Shown: positions 7,349 through 17,962 of the stretch, piece by piece
Layout: every line of letters begins with the position of its first letter
How positions within the stretch are numbered: the first letter of the stretch is position 1
NCBI GenBank assembly: GCA_963674785.1
Contig: OY771555.1
Span: 1,216,001-1,280,000, forward strand
Source: Caldisericia bacterium
GTDB taxonomy: Bacteria; Caldisericota; Caldisericia; JAAYUI01
DNA length: 64,000 nt
Reading direction: 5' to 3'
Program-made: the position numbers and the translations under genes
Notes under the pieces: model-generated
The model's database searches: none
What the model was told of the DNA's origin: nothing
The model's input: the letters and a program-made list of their open reading frames with translations, nothing else

Positions 7349-10198
7349 GTGTACAAAAAAGTCGTATCAGTCTTGGTTTCTTTGATCATTGTTTTTTCTA
7401 TTGTTGCAATTGGTGATGTAAATTCTGAAGAAAAACCGCTACAAAAGTTTCTTTTGTCCTCAATTGGCTTGTGTAGATCCGCATTCCTCTCGTGGGAGAA
7501 GGTGCCAGATTCTCTAACATATATCGTTAAAAGGGACAATATTGAAGTAGCAAAGTTGTCATCAGAGGTTAACTATTATGTCGATTATGATGAAACCTTA
7601 AAAGAAGGCACTACACATGTTTATAAGGTGATTTCGGTTGATGCCAACGAAGAGCCAATTGCAGAATCTTTAAGCTCTAAAACTGAAAACATGTGCTTTA
7701 GTGAAGATGATTGTTACAAGAAACTTGAATATACGATTGATTCCTATATGTACAAAGTTGATGGGGAAATGTTTGGTCCTATGGATGCTCCACCACAGAT
7801 AATTGGTGGCAGAACTTTTTTGGTTATCAGATATGTTACTGAATCCATAGGCGCAGAAATTGCGTGGGATGGTGCTGAAAGAAAGGTAACAATAACCACA
7901 AAGGCAGGAAAGGTAATTGACTTGTGGCTTGGTAAGTCAACTGCAGAAATATATGGCGAAAAAGTAGAAATTGATCCAAATAATTCTGATGTTGTGCCTG
8001 TTATCGTAAATGGTCGAACACTTCTCCCGCTTAGGTTTGTTGGGGAGCAACTTGGTGCAGATGGAGAAAATGGAATAATCTGGCATCCGGAAGAAAAAAG
8101 AGTTGAGATGAATGTTTTTGATGAAACTTGCATACCGCCTTTTGAATGGAGACTGACGGTTGTTGGTGTTGATTCTGTTATGGGTACATTGGTTTGTGAG
8201 AACAGTTTTGGGATTGAATTTGATCTTGTTATGGATACATCATTTCCCATTGGTGTTGCTGAAGGTTCAAGAGTAGTTGTAAACGGTAGTGTTAGCCAAA
8301 CTAGACTTGGGGAGAGACCTGAGATTACTTGTAGCAAGATAGTTATAATAGATAAACCCGATCAGACTGATTCTTATAAGTGTAAGATTGTGTCGATTGA
8401 ATGTGGTGACAGAGATTCAACTATTGTTATAAAGAGGGATGATGGAGGAGAAGAGACCTTAAAGGTTGATGGAAAATCCATGTGTGGTTTGCAAACAGAT
8501 ACATGGGTTACGATTGATATTGGTGAAGACGGAGTTGTTTTTGATTGGGACTTCATAATTGATGAAATTGTTGAGGAAGAGAGCGAAGAGTTTGGTCCGG
8601 AAATGGTGAAAATTCTTTCGGTTGACTTTGACCAGAAAATAATCAGATGCAACAAGCCTGATGATTTTTATAAGGATTGGAGACGAGCGGAAGAGATTCA
8701 GTATCGATTCAGAGATGAGTTGTTGGTTTCAGAGGTTGAAGACCATAGGTGTTACAATATCTGGTACACAAGAAACCAGCTCAACAAAGAATTTCTCACA
8801 AAAATTGAACGAATTCCATGTCCACCACAATTTATAATCGACTATGTGAATGTTCCTGAAGCTGCAACAAGTGGAATGGGGAATAAGATAAAAATAAAAA
8901 TCACAAATCATAATGAATTCCCCAGGATATATGAGCCAATATTTAGATCAGACGAATTTAATGGGTATTTTCAACCAGATAATGAGGAGATTGAAGTATA
9001 CCCTGGTGAGTCGGGTTACTTCTCGATGAATTTTGTTTCTAGTTTCGACTTTGAAGGTGTAATGATATTTGAGGTTGGAGCGGTTTGTGATGGTGTAGAA
9101 CAGATTGAAGAGTTTGAGATTCTATTTGAAAAACCACAAATTGAAATTGAAAAAATACCATATGTTGTGAAAATAAGAAAAGGAAAATCTGACTATTTTG
9201 AGTTCAAAATCTTCAACAATGGAACTGAGAAGATAAAAGTTGAGACTTATGTTGAAGGGTATGATTTTCCTGGAAGAGTTTATATCAGTTCTGATACTTG
9301 TTGGGTGAAACCGGGTATTCCAAAAGAATGTAAAGTTAGGGTAGAATGGGACATGGATACTCCTATTGGAACCCAATATCCGATCGAATACGGAGCATCG
9401 ATCGGTGATTATACAGAGAAAACAAATGTGATGGTACAGTGTATTAGTGATTTGGCTCCTGAGATTGAAGGAAAGTTTTATTATTTGGGCTCAAATGAGG
9501 TGAGATTTGAAGGTGAAATCGATTGGAAAGGTTTAGAACCTTTGAGTCTTGCTTTCGAATGGGATGATTATGTTGACTGGGATGAGGACAGATTAATAGT
9601 ATGGGATGACTCATATGATGATTTCCCTGTAACTCATAAATTCAACTTGGTTGGCCATCACATTGTTTTAGCAAAAGCTGAGGCTAAAACCGGCGAAGTG
9701 GGTTTTGCTTGGGCATGGGTTGAGTTAGATGGTAAATACCCAGTGTCCTATATCACTGATGTAATATGGAGAGAGAGTGAACCGAGGAAATTCTGGCTCG
9801 ATGGGTTTATAAACTGGAATAAGCTTGAAAAGGGCAATATGGCAATCTATTGGGATGATGACGTCGTAACGTATGGATTACCATGTGAATATATATCAAA
9901 GATGATTTCGTTTATTCATATCGGTTCCTCAATAACAAAAGCGACATCTGGCGAACAATCATACAAGAATTTTGGATTAATAGGTTTTACTCCCTCAGTT
10001 AAATCCAATCCTCGCTTTGCTATCAATAACGATTTAAATAAAAACCAATCGATGCAAATTTTGAAAAATGTTGCATATGGAAGGATTATGAAACGTGAAA
10101 AAGTCTGTTATCCTGGTATTAGTTTTTTGTCTTGTGTTGATGACATTTCAAGCTCAATTCCTATCGGCAGGAGAACTGGGGGTTACCACACCGAGTGA
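7349..10198 (+). CDS. Secreted surface protein: FN3-like + stalk (copper amine oxidase N-terminal-like) domain + Cys-bracketed modules + Ig/PKD-like domains
   Basis: GTG at 7349 with GGAGG SD; signal peptide; GRTFLVIRYVTESIGAEIAWDG and GRTLLPLRFVGEQLG stalk motifs. Confidence 0.8.
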   Translation: MYKKVVSVLVSLIIVFSIVAIGDVNSEEKPLQKFLLSSIGLCRSAFLSWEKVPDSLTYIVKRDNIEVAKLSSEVNYYVDYDETLKEGTTHVYKVISVDANEEPIAESLSSKTENMCFSEDDCYKKLEYTIDSYMYKVDGEMFGPMDAPPQIIGGRTFLVIRYVTESIGAEIAWDGAERKVTITTKAGKVIDLWLGKSTAEIYGEKVEIDPNNSDVVPVIVNGRTLLPLRFVGEQLGADGENGIIWHPEEKRVEMNVFDETCIPPFEWRLTVVGVDSVMGTLVCENSFGIEFDLVMDTSFPIGVAEGSRVVVNGSVSQTRLGERPEITCSKIVIIDKPDQTDSYKCKIVSIECGDRDSTIVIKRDDGGEETLKVDGKSMCGLQTDTWVTIDIGEDGVVFDWDFIIDEIVEEESEEFGPEMVKILSVDFDQKIIRCNKPDDFYKDWRRAEEIQYRFRDELLVSEVEDHRCYNIWYTRNQLNKEFLTKIERIPCPPQFIIDYVNVPEAATSGMGNKIKIKITNHNEFPRIYEPIFRSDEFNGYFQPDNEEIEVYPGESGYFSMNFVSSFDFEGVMIFEVGAVCDGVEQIEEFEILFEKPQIEIEKIPYVVKIRKGKSDYFEFKIFNNGTEKIKVETYVEGYDFPGRVYISSDTCWVKPGIPKECKVRVEWDMDTPIGTQYPIEYGASIGDYTEKTNVMVQCISDLAPEIEGKFYYLGSNEVRFEGEIDWKGLEPLSLAFEWDDYVDWDEDRLIVWDDSYDDFPVTHKFNLVGHHIVLAKAEAKTGEVGFAWAWVELDGKYPVSYITDVIWRESEPRKFWLDGFINWNKLEKGNMAIYWDDDVVTYGLPCEYISKMISFIHIGSSITKATSGEQSYKNFGLIGFTPSVKSNPRFAINNDLNKNQSMQILKNVAYGRIMKREKVCYPGISFLSCVDDISSSIPIGRRTGGYHTE

Positions 10199-12791
10199 TC
10201 AAAGTGAAGTAAGAAGCTTTGCTCTTTCAGTGCTTCCGGGCTGTGGGGATATCGTCCTCTCCTGGCAGGATGTTTATGGTGTTTCAACATTCAAAGTTAT
10301 GAGAGATGGCAAACAGGTTGCCATGCTCTATAATAATGAGACTGTTTGGGTTGACTTAGTACCTGAGGATGGAATAAATGAGTATCAGATTATAGGGCTC
10401 GACGATGAAAGAAATACAATATGTGAGTCATGGAAGATCGAAGCCAAAACGAGTTGTTTTGATACAGAGCTTTGCAAGACTGTCCTCAAATACAAACTTG
10501 ACTCAACAGATTATTGGGTGGATGGCACAAAAAAAGGACCAATGGATACCCCACCAGAGATAAACCTCGGTAGAATGTTTTTAGTTATCAGGTATGTAAC
10601 TCAAGAATTGGGAGCAGAACTCTCTTGGGAAGGCACAGAAAAAAAGATAACAATCACAACAAAAACCGGAAAGATTATTGATCTGTGGGTTGGGAGACCT
10701 CTTGCGATGGTTGATGGGGCATCTGTTATGATTGATTCAGATAATATGGCTGTTGTTCCCTATATAAAAGAAGGAAGAACACTTTTACCGATGAGGTTTG
10801 TAGCTGAACAGCTTGGCGCAACGGGTGATGAAGATGTTATTTGGGATGGTGCTACAAAAACTGTTACTCTTAAGGTTAGAGACGAGGATTGCCCTGAACC
10901 AGATATAATGTACTTTACTGTTTCAGAGATTGATTCTGCTAAGTGGTTAGTTAAATGCAGAGATTCAATGAGGAATGATGTTTATGTAAATCTGAATCAG
11001 GAGTATGCAATATTTAGCGCAACTTTAGAACCAGGACAAAAAATAAGAACTGCTGGAAAAGTTAGTATTGAGGACAGAAAACGGATTTCGATTGAAGCAA
11101 GATGGATAAAACTTGTTGATGAATCAAGTGTCGATGAGGTGATCTGTAAGCCTGTTAGTTGTGATGAAAAGAAATTGATCTACATGGGAAAAGTTGCGTC
11201 TGATGAAGAAGATGGCGTGACCAAAGAAGAGATTGAGTTAAATTATACCAGATCATTTGAAGAGCTTGAAAGCTCTGAGAATCGTTATTGTGTCAGACTT
11301 CTTGTGGATGAAAAAAAGAATATTATCTGGTGGGAGCCAGCAGTATTTATTTCAAGCAATGAACAAATAATAACGCACTCAATTGATTTGTTGGATGTTG
11401 ATAAAGAACAGAAACGTATCAAAGTAGAATATGATGATGGTGAACTTGAATACACCGATTGGATTTATTTCCCAATTGATTTTGAGTTTGACAAGTATGA
11501 TGATGGCGGATGTTATAAGGTTGATTATCAGATAAACGATGCTGGCAATAGAATATCAAAATCAAATCTTGAAGAGTATGACTGCACAGCTGCCTTTACA
11601 ATCACAAGTCAATCAGATGGAATTGAAGTTTATCCTGGGGCTGAATTTGTTGGCAAGTTTGTTCTCAGAAATATTGACACTGAAGATTCAACATTCAAAA
11701 CGGTTGCAGTTATTTCAATTGATGGGGAGGAAACTCAACTTGGTAGAGACACTCACGATATAAAATCCAGGTATAACAAAAAAATATCAGAAAGATTTAC
11801 TGCTCCAAATGCTGAAGGAAGTTTCAAGTTCGGTATAAGGGTTATTTCTGGTTCAACAAGTCGAACGTGCTGGGCAGAGGGCATATGTGTTCCGTTGGAG
11901 TTTGAGTTAAGCATTCCAAAAAAGGAGTATGAATTCCATCTCAATGAACCGGTCTATATTTCGGCATCTGTTTCTCATGAACATGATTCTCCGCTTCATA
12001 TAGTACCTTTTGTTGAAATTCCATCAGAAGCTCTTCAGAGAGCAGAAAATAGTGTTCTTGGAGGATTAGACGTCAGATCGGGAGTGGAAAAACCAGTAAA
12101 TCTTGTGCTTGACTGGATTTATACGAATGCTGTGGCTGGAGAATCTTACGAGGTTACAATTGGTGTAAGGTGCAAAGGTGTTTCTAAAACAGAGACTGTC
12201 GTTATAAAGGCTCTTGACTATATTCCACCAGAGGTTTTTGTTTCGAGTATTGAAAATGATGACTATAAAAAAACAACTATTTATGGAAGTATAAACTGGA
12301 ATAATCTTACACCTGATAGGATTGAGGTTGATTGGGGTGATGGAATAATCACTGATGGTGATATTTCCTTCCCATTATCACACGTGTATGAGGATTGGGG
12401 AGTGTACAAAATAAAAGTGAAAGTCATTTCTGTTGAGGGTGCATTTGCAGAAACTTCTGAAGAATATGTTTGTGAGGATCCTCCTCCACCTCCTCCTTTA
12501 ATTTCAAGTGTTGATTTTGGAGATAAGTTGCTAGACGATTACACGATTGGTTTGGATATTGAAGTTAATTGGCGTGATTATGTAAAAGGAAAGATTCATA
12601 TTGATTGGGGGGATGGTGAGAAAAGTGAATCATCAAGGACAGTTTATAAGCACAAATATCCAGAAGAGGACTTTTCTTCGTATATCTTAACAATTAAAGC
12701 GGTTTCAAGAGAAGGATATGAATCACCAACAAGAAAATTTGAGATATACGTCCTTTTCGGATGGTATATGCTTATAGGTGAAATTAGATAA
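10095..12791 (+). CDS. Secreted surface protein, paralog of 7349-10198 (FN3 + stalk + modules + two PKD-like domains)
   Basis: Signal peptide MKKSVIL; GRMFLVIRYV and GRTLLPMRFVAEQLG; VDWGDG and IDWGDG PKD motifs; PPPPPP linker. Confidence 0.82.
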   Translation: MKKSVILVLVFCLVLMTFQAQFLSAGELGVTTPSDQSEVRSFALSVLPGCGDIVLSWQDVYGVSTFKVMRDGKQVAMLYNNETVWVDLVPEDGINEYQIIGLDDERNTICESWKIEAKTSCFDTELCKTVLKYKLDSTDYWVDGTKKGPMDTPPEINLGRMFLVIRYVTQELGAELSWEGTEKKITITTKTGKIIDLWVGRPLAMVDGASVMIDSDNMAVVPYIKEGRTLLPMRFVAEQLGATGDEDVIWDGATKTVTLKVRDEDCPEPDIMYFTVSEIDSAKWLVKCRDSMRNDVYVNLNQEYAIFSATLEPGQKIRTAGKVSIEDRKRISIEARWIKLVDESSVDEVICKPVSCDEKKLIYMGKVASDEEDGVTKEEIELNYTRSFEELESSENRYCVRLLVDEKKNIIWWEPAVFISSNEQIITHSIDLLDVDKEQKRIKVEYDDGELEYTDWIYFPIDFEFDKYDDGGCYKVDYQINDAGNRISKSNLEEYDCTAAFTITSQSDGIEVYPGAEFVGKFVLRNIDTEDSTFKTVAVISIDGEETQLGRDTHDIKSRYNKKISERFTAPNAEGSFKFGIRVISGSTSRTCWAEGICVPLEFELSIPKKEYEFHLNEPVYISASVSHEHDSPLHIVPFVEIPSEALQRAENSVLGGLDVRSGVEKPVNLVLDWIYTNAVAGESYEVTIGVRCKGVSKTETVVIKALDYIPPEVFVSSIENDDYKKTTIYGSINWNNLTPDRIEVDWGDGIITDGDISFPLSHVYEDWGVYKIKVKVISVEGAFAETSEEYVCEDPPPPPPLISSVDFGDKLLDDYTIGLDIEVNWRDYVKGKIHIDWGDGEKSESSRTVYKHKYPEEDFSSYILTIKAVSREGYESPTRKFEIYVLFGWYMLIGEIR

Positions 12792-12805
12792 TTATTCAGA
12801 AAATG

Positions 12806-12837
12806 GTGGTGCAGGGATTTTTGAATTCCTGCACCAC
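12806..12837. terminator. Stem-loop between convergent genes, probable terminator
   Basis: GTGGTGCAGGGATT/AATTCCTGCACCAC stem; weak U-tracts. Confidence 0.55.
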
Positions 12838-12844
12838 TTCGATT

Positions 12845-13276
12845 CTATATTTTGCCGCTTTTCCTTTTTGAGTAGTATGAGATTTCGGTGTGTTTCTTGT
12901 ATCCAAGATTTTCAAATAGACTCATTGATTTTGTGTTATATCCTTCAATTAATGAAGCAACAATATAGATGTCCATTTCACCCAGTCTTATTTCAATCTC
13001 GGAGATAAGTTGTTTTGCAATACCTTTGCCTCTGTGCTCAGGGTGAACTGCTAGTCTGTTTATCCATCCTTTTCTTCCATCATGTGTTCCGAGAGCAACA
13101 CCTATCATTTTGCCCTCGTCATCAGTGGCTTTTAAAAAGATTGATTGTTCACCATTTAACTCTTTATAGAGATGTGCTATCGAATCTCTTCCATCTGGTT
13201 TTATAGGTAAACCAGAGTCTTTCCAAAGCTTATGAAGATTCTCTATGTCTTTCTTCGTCAGGGGTTTTATTTTCAC
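12845..13276 (-). CDS. GNAT family acetyltransferase (YpeA-like)
   Basis: HDGRKGWINRLAVHPEHRGKGIA motif; start overlaps the end of the Na/Pi gene. Confidence 0.9.
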   Translation of the reverse strand: MKIKPLTKKDIENLHKLWKDSGLPIKPDGRDSIAHLYKELNGEQSIFLKATDDEGKMIGVALGTHDGRKGWINRLAVHPEHRGKGIAKQLISEIEIRLGEMDIYIVASLIEGYNTKSMSLFENLGYKKHTEISYYSKRKSGKI

Positions 13277-14897
13277 TCTTTTTTATTCCCAATAATGAAT
13301 AAGTGATATTTGTACAGTGGTCACCAACTCGCTCAAGATTAGAAGCAATATCAAGATAATAAACTCCGGATTCGGGTTTGCATTGTTCAAGTTTTATTCG
13401 CTCAAAATGTTTTTCTCGTATCTCTTCTGTTCTGTCGTCAATTTCTTGTTCAAGTTTATTCATGCCCGATATCAAGCTGGTATCATAGTTTTCAAGAGCA
13501 TCATTTGCAATTTTGCAGGCTTTATCAGTAAGAGCGAAAAGCTCCATGAGTTCAGCCTCGCCATCTTTTGTAAACTCTACTCTGTGGTCTATGTATCCTT
13601 CAGCAAGTTCAGCAATATTTGTTGCGTGGTCTCCAATTCTTTCGATGTCGTGAACGACATGCAGGAGTGAAATCGACCTTTCTGCCTGATCTAACGAGAG
13701 TGATTTTTGAGTTAGTTTTGCGAGGAAAACAGTGATTTTGTTTTGCAACGTATTAACTGTTCTTTCGGATTGCATGACATCATGCATAATTTTGGCTTTT
13801 TTTGATGAGATCATCATCCTGGTTGTATCAACCATATTTCTTGCTATGTCAAGCATCCTTGTTAATTCTTGGGTAACTTGGGCAAGTGCAAATGATGGTG
13901 TTGCAAGAAGGTTATCGGTAATAAACCTGATTCCGTCCTCATGATCTTTTTCGCTTTCCGGCATTATCTTGTTTATCAATTTAATGAAAAGACCGGTGAA
14001 CGGAAGAATCAATACCGTCATCGAGATGTTAAAGAATGTGTGGTAGTTTGCTACCTGTCGCTTGAGTTCGGTGGATGTCATTGCGATAAGGTTTGATGTT
14101 GGGGTAAGTAGCAGAAGGAAGATAACTGCTCCCAAAACATTGAACAGTACATGAGCTAGTGCAACTTTTTTAGCTCCTCGATTAGATGTGTTTAGGGATG
14201 CGATGTAGGCCGTAACGCAGGTACCAATATTTGCACCAATAATCAATGCGATTGCACCGGTGAAGTTGAATCCTGGTACACCCATTGCTGAAAGTGCTAT
14301 TACGACACCTGTTGTTGCAGAAGATGATTGTATGATGGCGGTAAATACGGCACCAGCAAGCACACCAAGAATTGGAACCGCTGAAAGGTCTGCAAGGAAC
14401 ATCTGAATTCCTACATCTTTTTTTATAAAAATAAATGCGTCTTTCATGATGTCCATTCCGAGGAAAAGGATACCAAAACCTAGAAGAACCTCTCCGATAA
14501 AACGAATCTGCTTCCTGGAGCCAAACATCCTGAGTGCGACACCGATGGCGATTGATAACCAAATAGCCCAATCCATGAAATCAAGTGTGACAAGTTGAGC
14601 TGTTATTGTTGTACCAATATTTGCACCAAAAATGACTCCTACTGCATGTGAGAAAGTCATTATTCCAGCATTCACAAAACCAACGACCATAACAGTGGTG
14701 GCGGATGAGGATTGGATTATTGCCGTAATGAATGCTCCGACACCAACTCCGTATATCGGTTTACTAGTCAGTCTTCTGAGAATGTCTCTGAGTTTTTCAC
14801 CAGCGACCTTTTGAAGACCGTCACCCATTATCTGCATTCCAAGGACGAACAGAGCAAGACCTGCGAGAGCTTTTACAATATCAAACAAATAATCCAT
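13230..14897 (-). CDS. Na+/Pi cotransporter family protein with C-terminal PhoU domains
   Basis: Two QSSSATT and two GANIGT motifs; DIERIGDHATNIAE and NLERVGDHCTNI PhoU repeats. Confidence 0.95.
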   Translation of the reverse strand: MDYLFDIVKALAGLALFVLGMQIMGDGLQKVAGEKLRDILRRLTSKPIYGVGVGAFITAIIQSSSATTVMVVGFVNAGIMTFSHAVGVIFGANIGTTITAQLVTLDFMDWAIWLSIAIGVALRMFGSRKQIRFIGEVLLGFGILFLGMDIMKDAFIFIKKDVGIQMFLADLSAVPILGVLAGAVFTAIIQSSSATTGVVIALSAMGVPGFNFTGAIALIIGANIGTCVTAYIASLNTSNRGAKKVALAHVLFNVLGAVIFLLLLTPTSNLIAMTSTELKRQVANYHTFFNISMTVLILPFTGLFIKLINKIMPESEKDHEDGIRFITDNLLATPSFALAQVTQELTRMLDIARNMVDTTRMMISSKKAKIMHDVMQSERTVNTLQNKITVFLAKLTQKSLSLDQAERSISLLHVVHDIERIGDHATNIAELAEGYIDHRVEFTKDGEAELMELFALTDKACKIANDALENYDTSLISGMNKLEQEIDDRTEEIREKHFERIKLEQCKPESGVYYLDIASNLERVGDHCTNITYSLLGIKKSENKTPDEERHRESS

Positions 14898-14998
14898 AGA
14901 TGTTTATCTCCGATAACGTAGTCAACCTGATTCTAATAATTTCCGAATCCATAGCAAGTAGAATTAGAAGGTACATATGGATAAAAAAATATCCCTGC

Positions 14999-17836
14999 CT
15001 AAGGGCTATATTTTAGAATGATCTTTCTCTCTTCACCAATCCATTCGATTTCAGCCGAAACCACCTCAGAAAAAAACCTTATTGGAACCATTGTCCTTCC
15101 ATCAATTATTGTCGGTGGAGGGTCAGTTGTATAAGTTTTAACCTCACCACCATCTTTTACTTTGACGGATTTTTCTCCAGTTTTAAGAGTTATCTCGAGA
15201 GTATCTTTTTTGAGAGTGATTTCTTTTGTGTCACCATTCCAGATCACTTCAAAACCAAATGTTTCAGTGATAAACCTTAGCGGGACCACAGTTCTTCCAT
15301 TTATGATTGTGGGAGCTTTTTCTAATTCTACATGGTTTTCGTCAACAAGTGCAGCATCAGAATCGATTACAAGTTCGATTCTCATCTGATTTGAATCATA
15401 AACTGTTGCTCCATCAATTTTGACAATTACACGTGCATCTGCAAGTATATGAAGGAAATCCAGGGGCGCATATATTTTATCATCAATTCCTCTAGTAATA
15501 GAGTTTGATAAAGCTTTTGGGTGTCCATCGCAATTTATTATTCTTGAGCCAACCGTCATTGTATAGCTAAATTGAGTTGATTGAATCGAATAAACACTAC
15601 CTGTTTGTTCGAGTTCTACATCATCGTAAAATAGTTTACACGCAGTAGGTACTTCAATAAATGGAGTTCCTACAACAAAGAGCTTGATACTTTCATCGAT
15701 AAATAGTGTCCCCCCATTTATTTTGGTTTCCTTCGAATCAGATCTAAACTCAATCGTATATTCTCCGGGTTTTGGTTTGATGCTTGAATCACCAGAGATT
15801 TTAATGTCAATATTCATATTATACATTCGATATACGAATTCAAAAGGTAGGTAGATATCTCCACGTATGATCTCTACCGGGTGAGGCATTATCTGAGGGC
15901 TTTCTAGTCCAGTTTTATACTTGATAAGTGCAACCTGATTTCCTATCCTAAAAACCGATTCCATTTCCAAATTTTTGTTGTAGAGTGTAATTTCTTTATC
16001 TTCTATTTTGATCTCAACTACAAGACCAAGAATCTTAGGAATTGAATTTATTTCAATCATTAAGGTTCCCAAATTGGTTGTCCACGGAATCTCATTCATC
16101 TCAACAATCTCTCCGCCTACAACCGCAAGTTTTGAACCATACATCAATTCAACGTTGATTGTTTTTTTTGGGATAGTTACTGTCACTTCAACAGTTTTTT
16201 CTCCACCATTGGATTCAAAGATTATTTGCCCAACGTTTTCGCCGACATCAAGATCATCTGCTTGAATACCCACAGAGATTTCAGAGTTTCCATCAAACTC
16301 ATCTTTATCAATCTTAATCCAATCCTTTGTTGTCTTGATTGTGCCAAAAAGCTCGGCTTGTCCATCGTTTTCAAGTATTATAGTCTGTTTTTCATCCAGG
16401 TTTTCTTCTGAAAAAACAAGAGCTTCTGGTGTAACTTTTAAAACCGCTGCAATCATCGGAATAGACAGTTTGAGTCCGATTTTTGCATCACCACCGTCGC
16501 TATTGATGATTATTGTGCAAGTATGTTCTGTCCCGGCATCAAGTCTCGAAAGATCAACAAATCCATGAGCAACAAATTCATTATCTGTAACTTCTGAAAA
16601 TGTTGACGCATCAAAGCTGATCCAGTCGCAATCGGTGTTGATGTTACCTGAAAGAGGTTCACCTCCTTTATTTGTTATTATGAACTCAAACTCTGGATAT
16701 GAGTTTTTGCTAACCTCTCCAAGGTCAATTCCGAGAGTTGAAACAGAGAGTTCGGCTGGAGTCGTTGGTGGAGGTTCAGGTGTAGGGTCTTTTCCGATTT
16801 GAAAATACATGAATGCAGGTGATTGGAGGAATGTAGAGGATGTGCCAAGGCTTTCGGTGCCAGAATGAATATAAACGCAGTATTTACTTCCATAAGGAAG
16901 AGGGGATGCTGGTTTAATGGTAAGAGTCTGGTCAACCATTTTCCCGGTTGTTGGATAAACAAGTCCATTTTGATCAATCAAATCCCATTTTGGAATGTTT
17001 GTGTATTTGTAATCAGAAAACGTGATTTTAAGTTCTTCTGGGGATTCTTCAAAAAAACTGCCAAGTGGGGTATCAAAATTTTCAACCTGGAACTGGTTTC
17101 TTCGCCAAATACCAGCCTGGTATATCTCATAGTTGTCAAAGGATTCAATTAGGAATATCCCGTAAACTTTTTTGTAGTCAACATTTGATGGGATATTCCA
17201 GTTCAATTCAAACTTCATCGCAGAGTGCTCATCAATTTGAAATGATTGTCCCGTTGGTTCTGGTTTTACATCTCTGCAAACCCAACTGTATCTTCTGCCT
17301 GAGGCTTTAGCGTCATCCTCGCAGATTATGAATGTGAAATTTGTTTCAGCAGGAATTGCATTCCAACCCAAAACATACGAAGTAAGTTTTAAATGGTCTT
17401 CTTGAATATCTCCTGTCAAATGTACCAGGAATGGACTTTTTTTGTTGATGTGGTAATCAATCATCTGGTCGTATTTTTCCTGAGTTTGTGTATCTCCACC
17501 TTGTACGAATGTGTTCCCGTTAAAAATTGATGTTGGTGTTGCGACAACTCCGTAAGCTTTGATTCTTGCCGTGCTATTTACTTGTGACAATGAATCGTTG
17601 TAATGATGAGAGATTATCCCCAACCTGTCTTCTGGATACTCATAAGAAAGGTTTGAAAGTGCCTTTTCGGCAATTGGGCAGTAACCGCACCACGATGCTG
17701 TCTCGAGTTCTACAATGCATGTTCGCGGAAATCCATGTACAGTTTTACTAATTGCCCCAAATGTGGCAATATCTGGGAGAATCCCAAAAACAAGTGCAAA
17801 AACCAAAAGAAAAACAAAATAATTCCTAGCTTTCAT
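14999..17836 (-). CDS. Secreted surface protein: thioredoxin-fold (WCGYC, Omp28-like) domain, Ig/BACON domains, C-terminal stalk domains
   Basis: Signal peptide from MKARNY (17836); VELETASWCGYCP and YGVVATP; DWISFD/DWIKID BACON motifs; GRTVVPLRFITE and GRTMVPIRFFSE. Confidence 0.8.
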   Translation of the reverse strand: MKARNYFVFLLVFALVFGILPDIATFGAISKTVHGFPRTCIVELETASWCGYCPIAEKALSNLSYEYPEDRLGIISHHYNDSLSQVNSTARIKAYGVVATPTSIFNGNTFVQGGDTQTQEKYDQMIDYHINKKSPFLVHLTGDIQEDHLKLTSYVLGWNAIPAETNFTFIICEDDAKASGRRYSWVCRDVKPEPTGQSFQIDEHSAMKFELNWNIPSNVDYKKVYGIFLIESFDNYEIYQAGIWRRNQFQVENFDTPLGSFFEESPEELKITFSDYKYTNIPKWDLIDQNGLVYPTTGKMVDQTLTIKPASPLPYGSKYCVYIHSGTESLGTSSTFLQSPAFMYFQIGKDPTPEPPPTTPAELSVSTLGIDLGEVSKNSYPEFEFIITNKGGEPLSGNINTDCDWISFDASTFSEVTDNEFVAHGFVDLSRLDAGTEHTCTIIINSDGGDAKIGLKLSIPMIAAVLKVTPEALVFSEENLDEKQTIILENDGQAELFGTIKTTKDWIKIDKDEFDGNSEISVGIQADDLDVGENVGQIIFESNGGEKTVEVTVTIPKKTINVELMYGSKLAVVGGEIVEMNEIPWTTNLGTLMIEINSIPKILGLVVEIKIEDKEITLYNKNLEMESVFRIGNQVALIKYKTGLESPQIMPHPVEIIRGDIYLPFEFVYRMYNMNIDIKISGDSSIKPKPGEYTIEFRSDSKETKINGGTLFIDESIKLFVVGTPFIEVPTACKLFYDDVELEQTGSVYSIQSTQFSYTMTVGSRIINCDGHPKALSNSITRGIDDKIYAPLDFLHILADARVIVKIDGATVYDSNQMRIELVIDSDAALVDENHVELEKAPTIINGRTVVPLRFITETFGFEVIWNGDTKEITLKKDTLEITLKTGEKSVKVKDGGEVKTYTTDPPPTIIDGRTMVPIRFFSEVVSAEIEWIGEERKIILKYSP

Positions 17837-17962
17837 GCACTCAATATACAATAAATTCTCAATTTGTTCAATCGATAACAGAACAATTGCATGAAGAGGT
17901 TGTATGAAAGCTGTTGACCCAAAATTCTTGAAGGGATTGAAAACTCTTATAAAATGCGAGAT

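Noticed and set aside
7744-8337. Long antisense or nested ORFs (also 22413-22937, 40225-40689, 32758-33048, 33541-33732)
   Set aside because: They are shadows of well-supported genes or tRNAs, with no motifs of their own.
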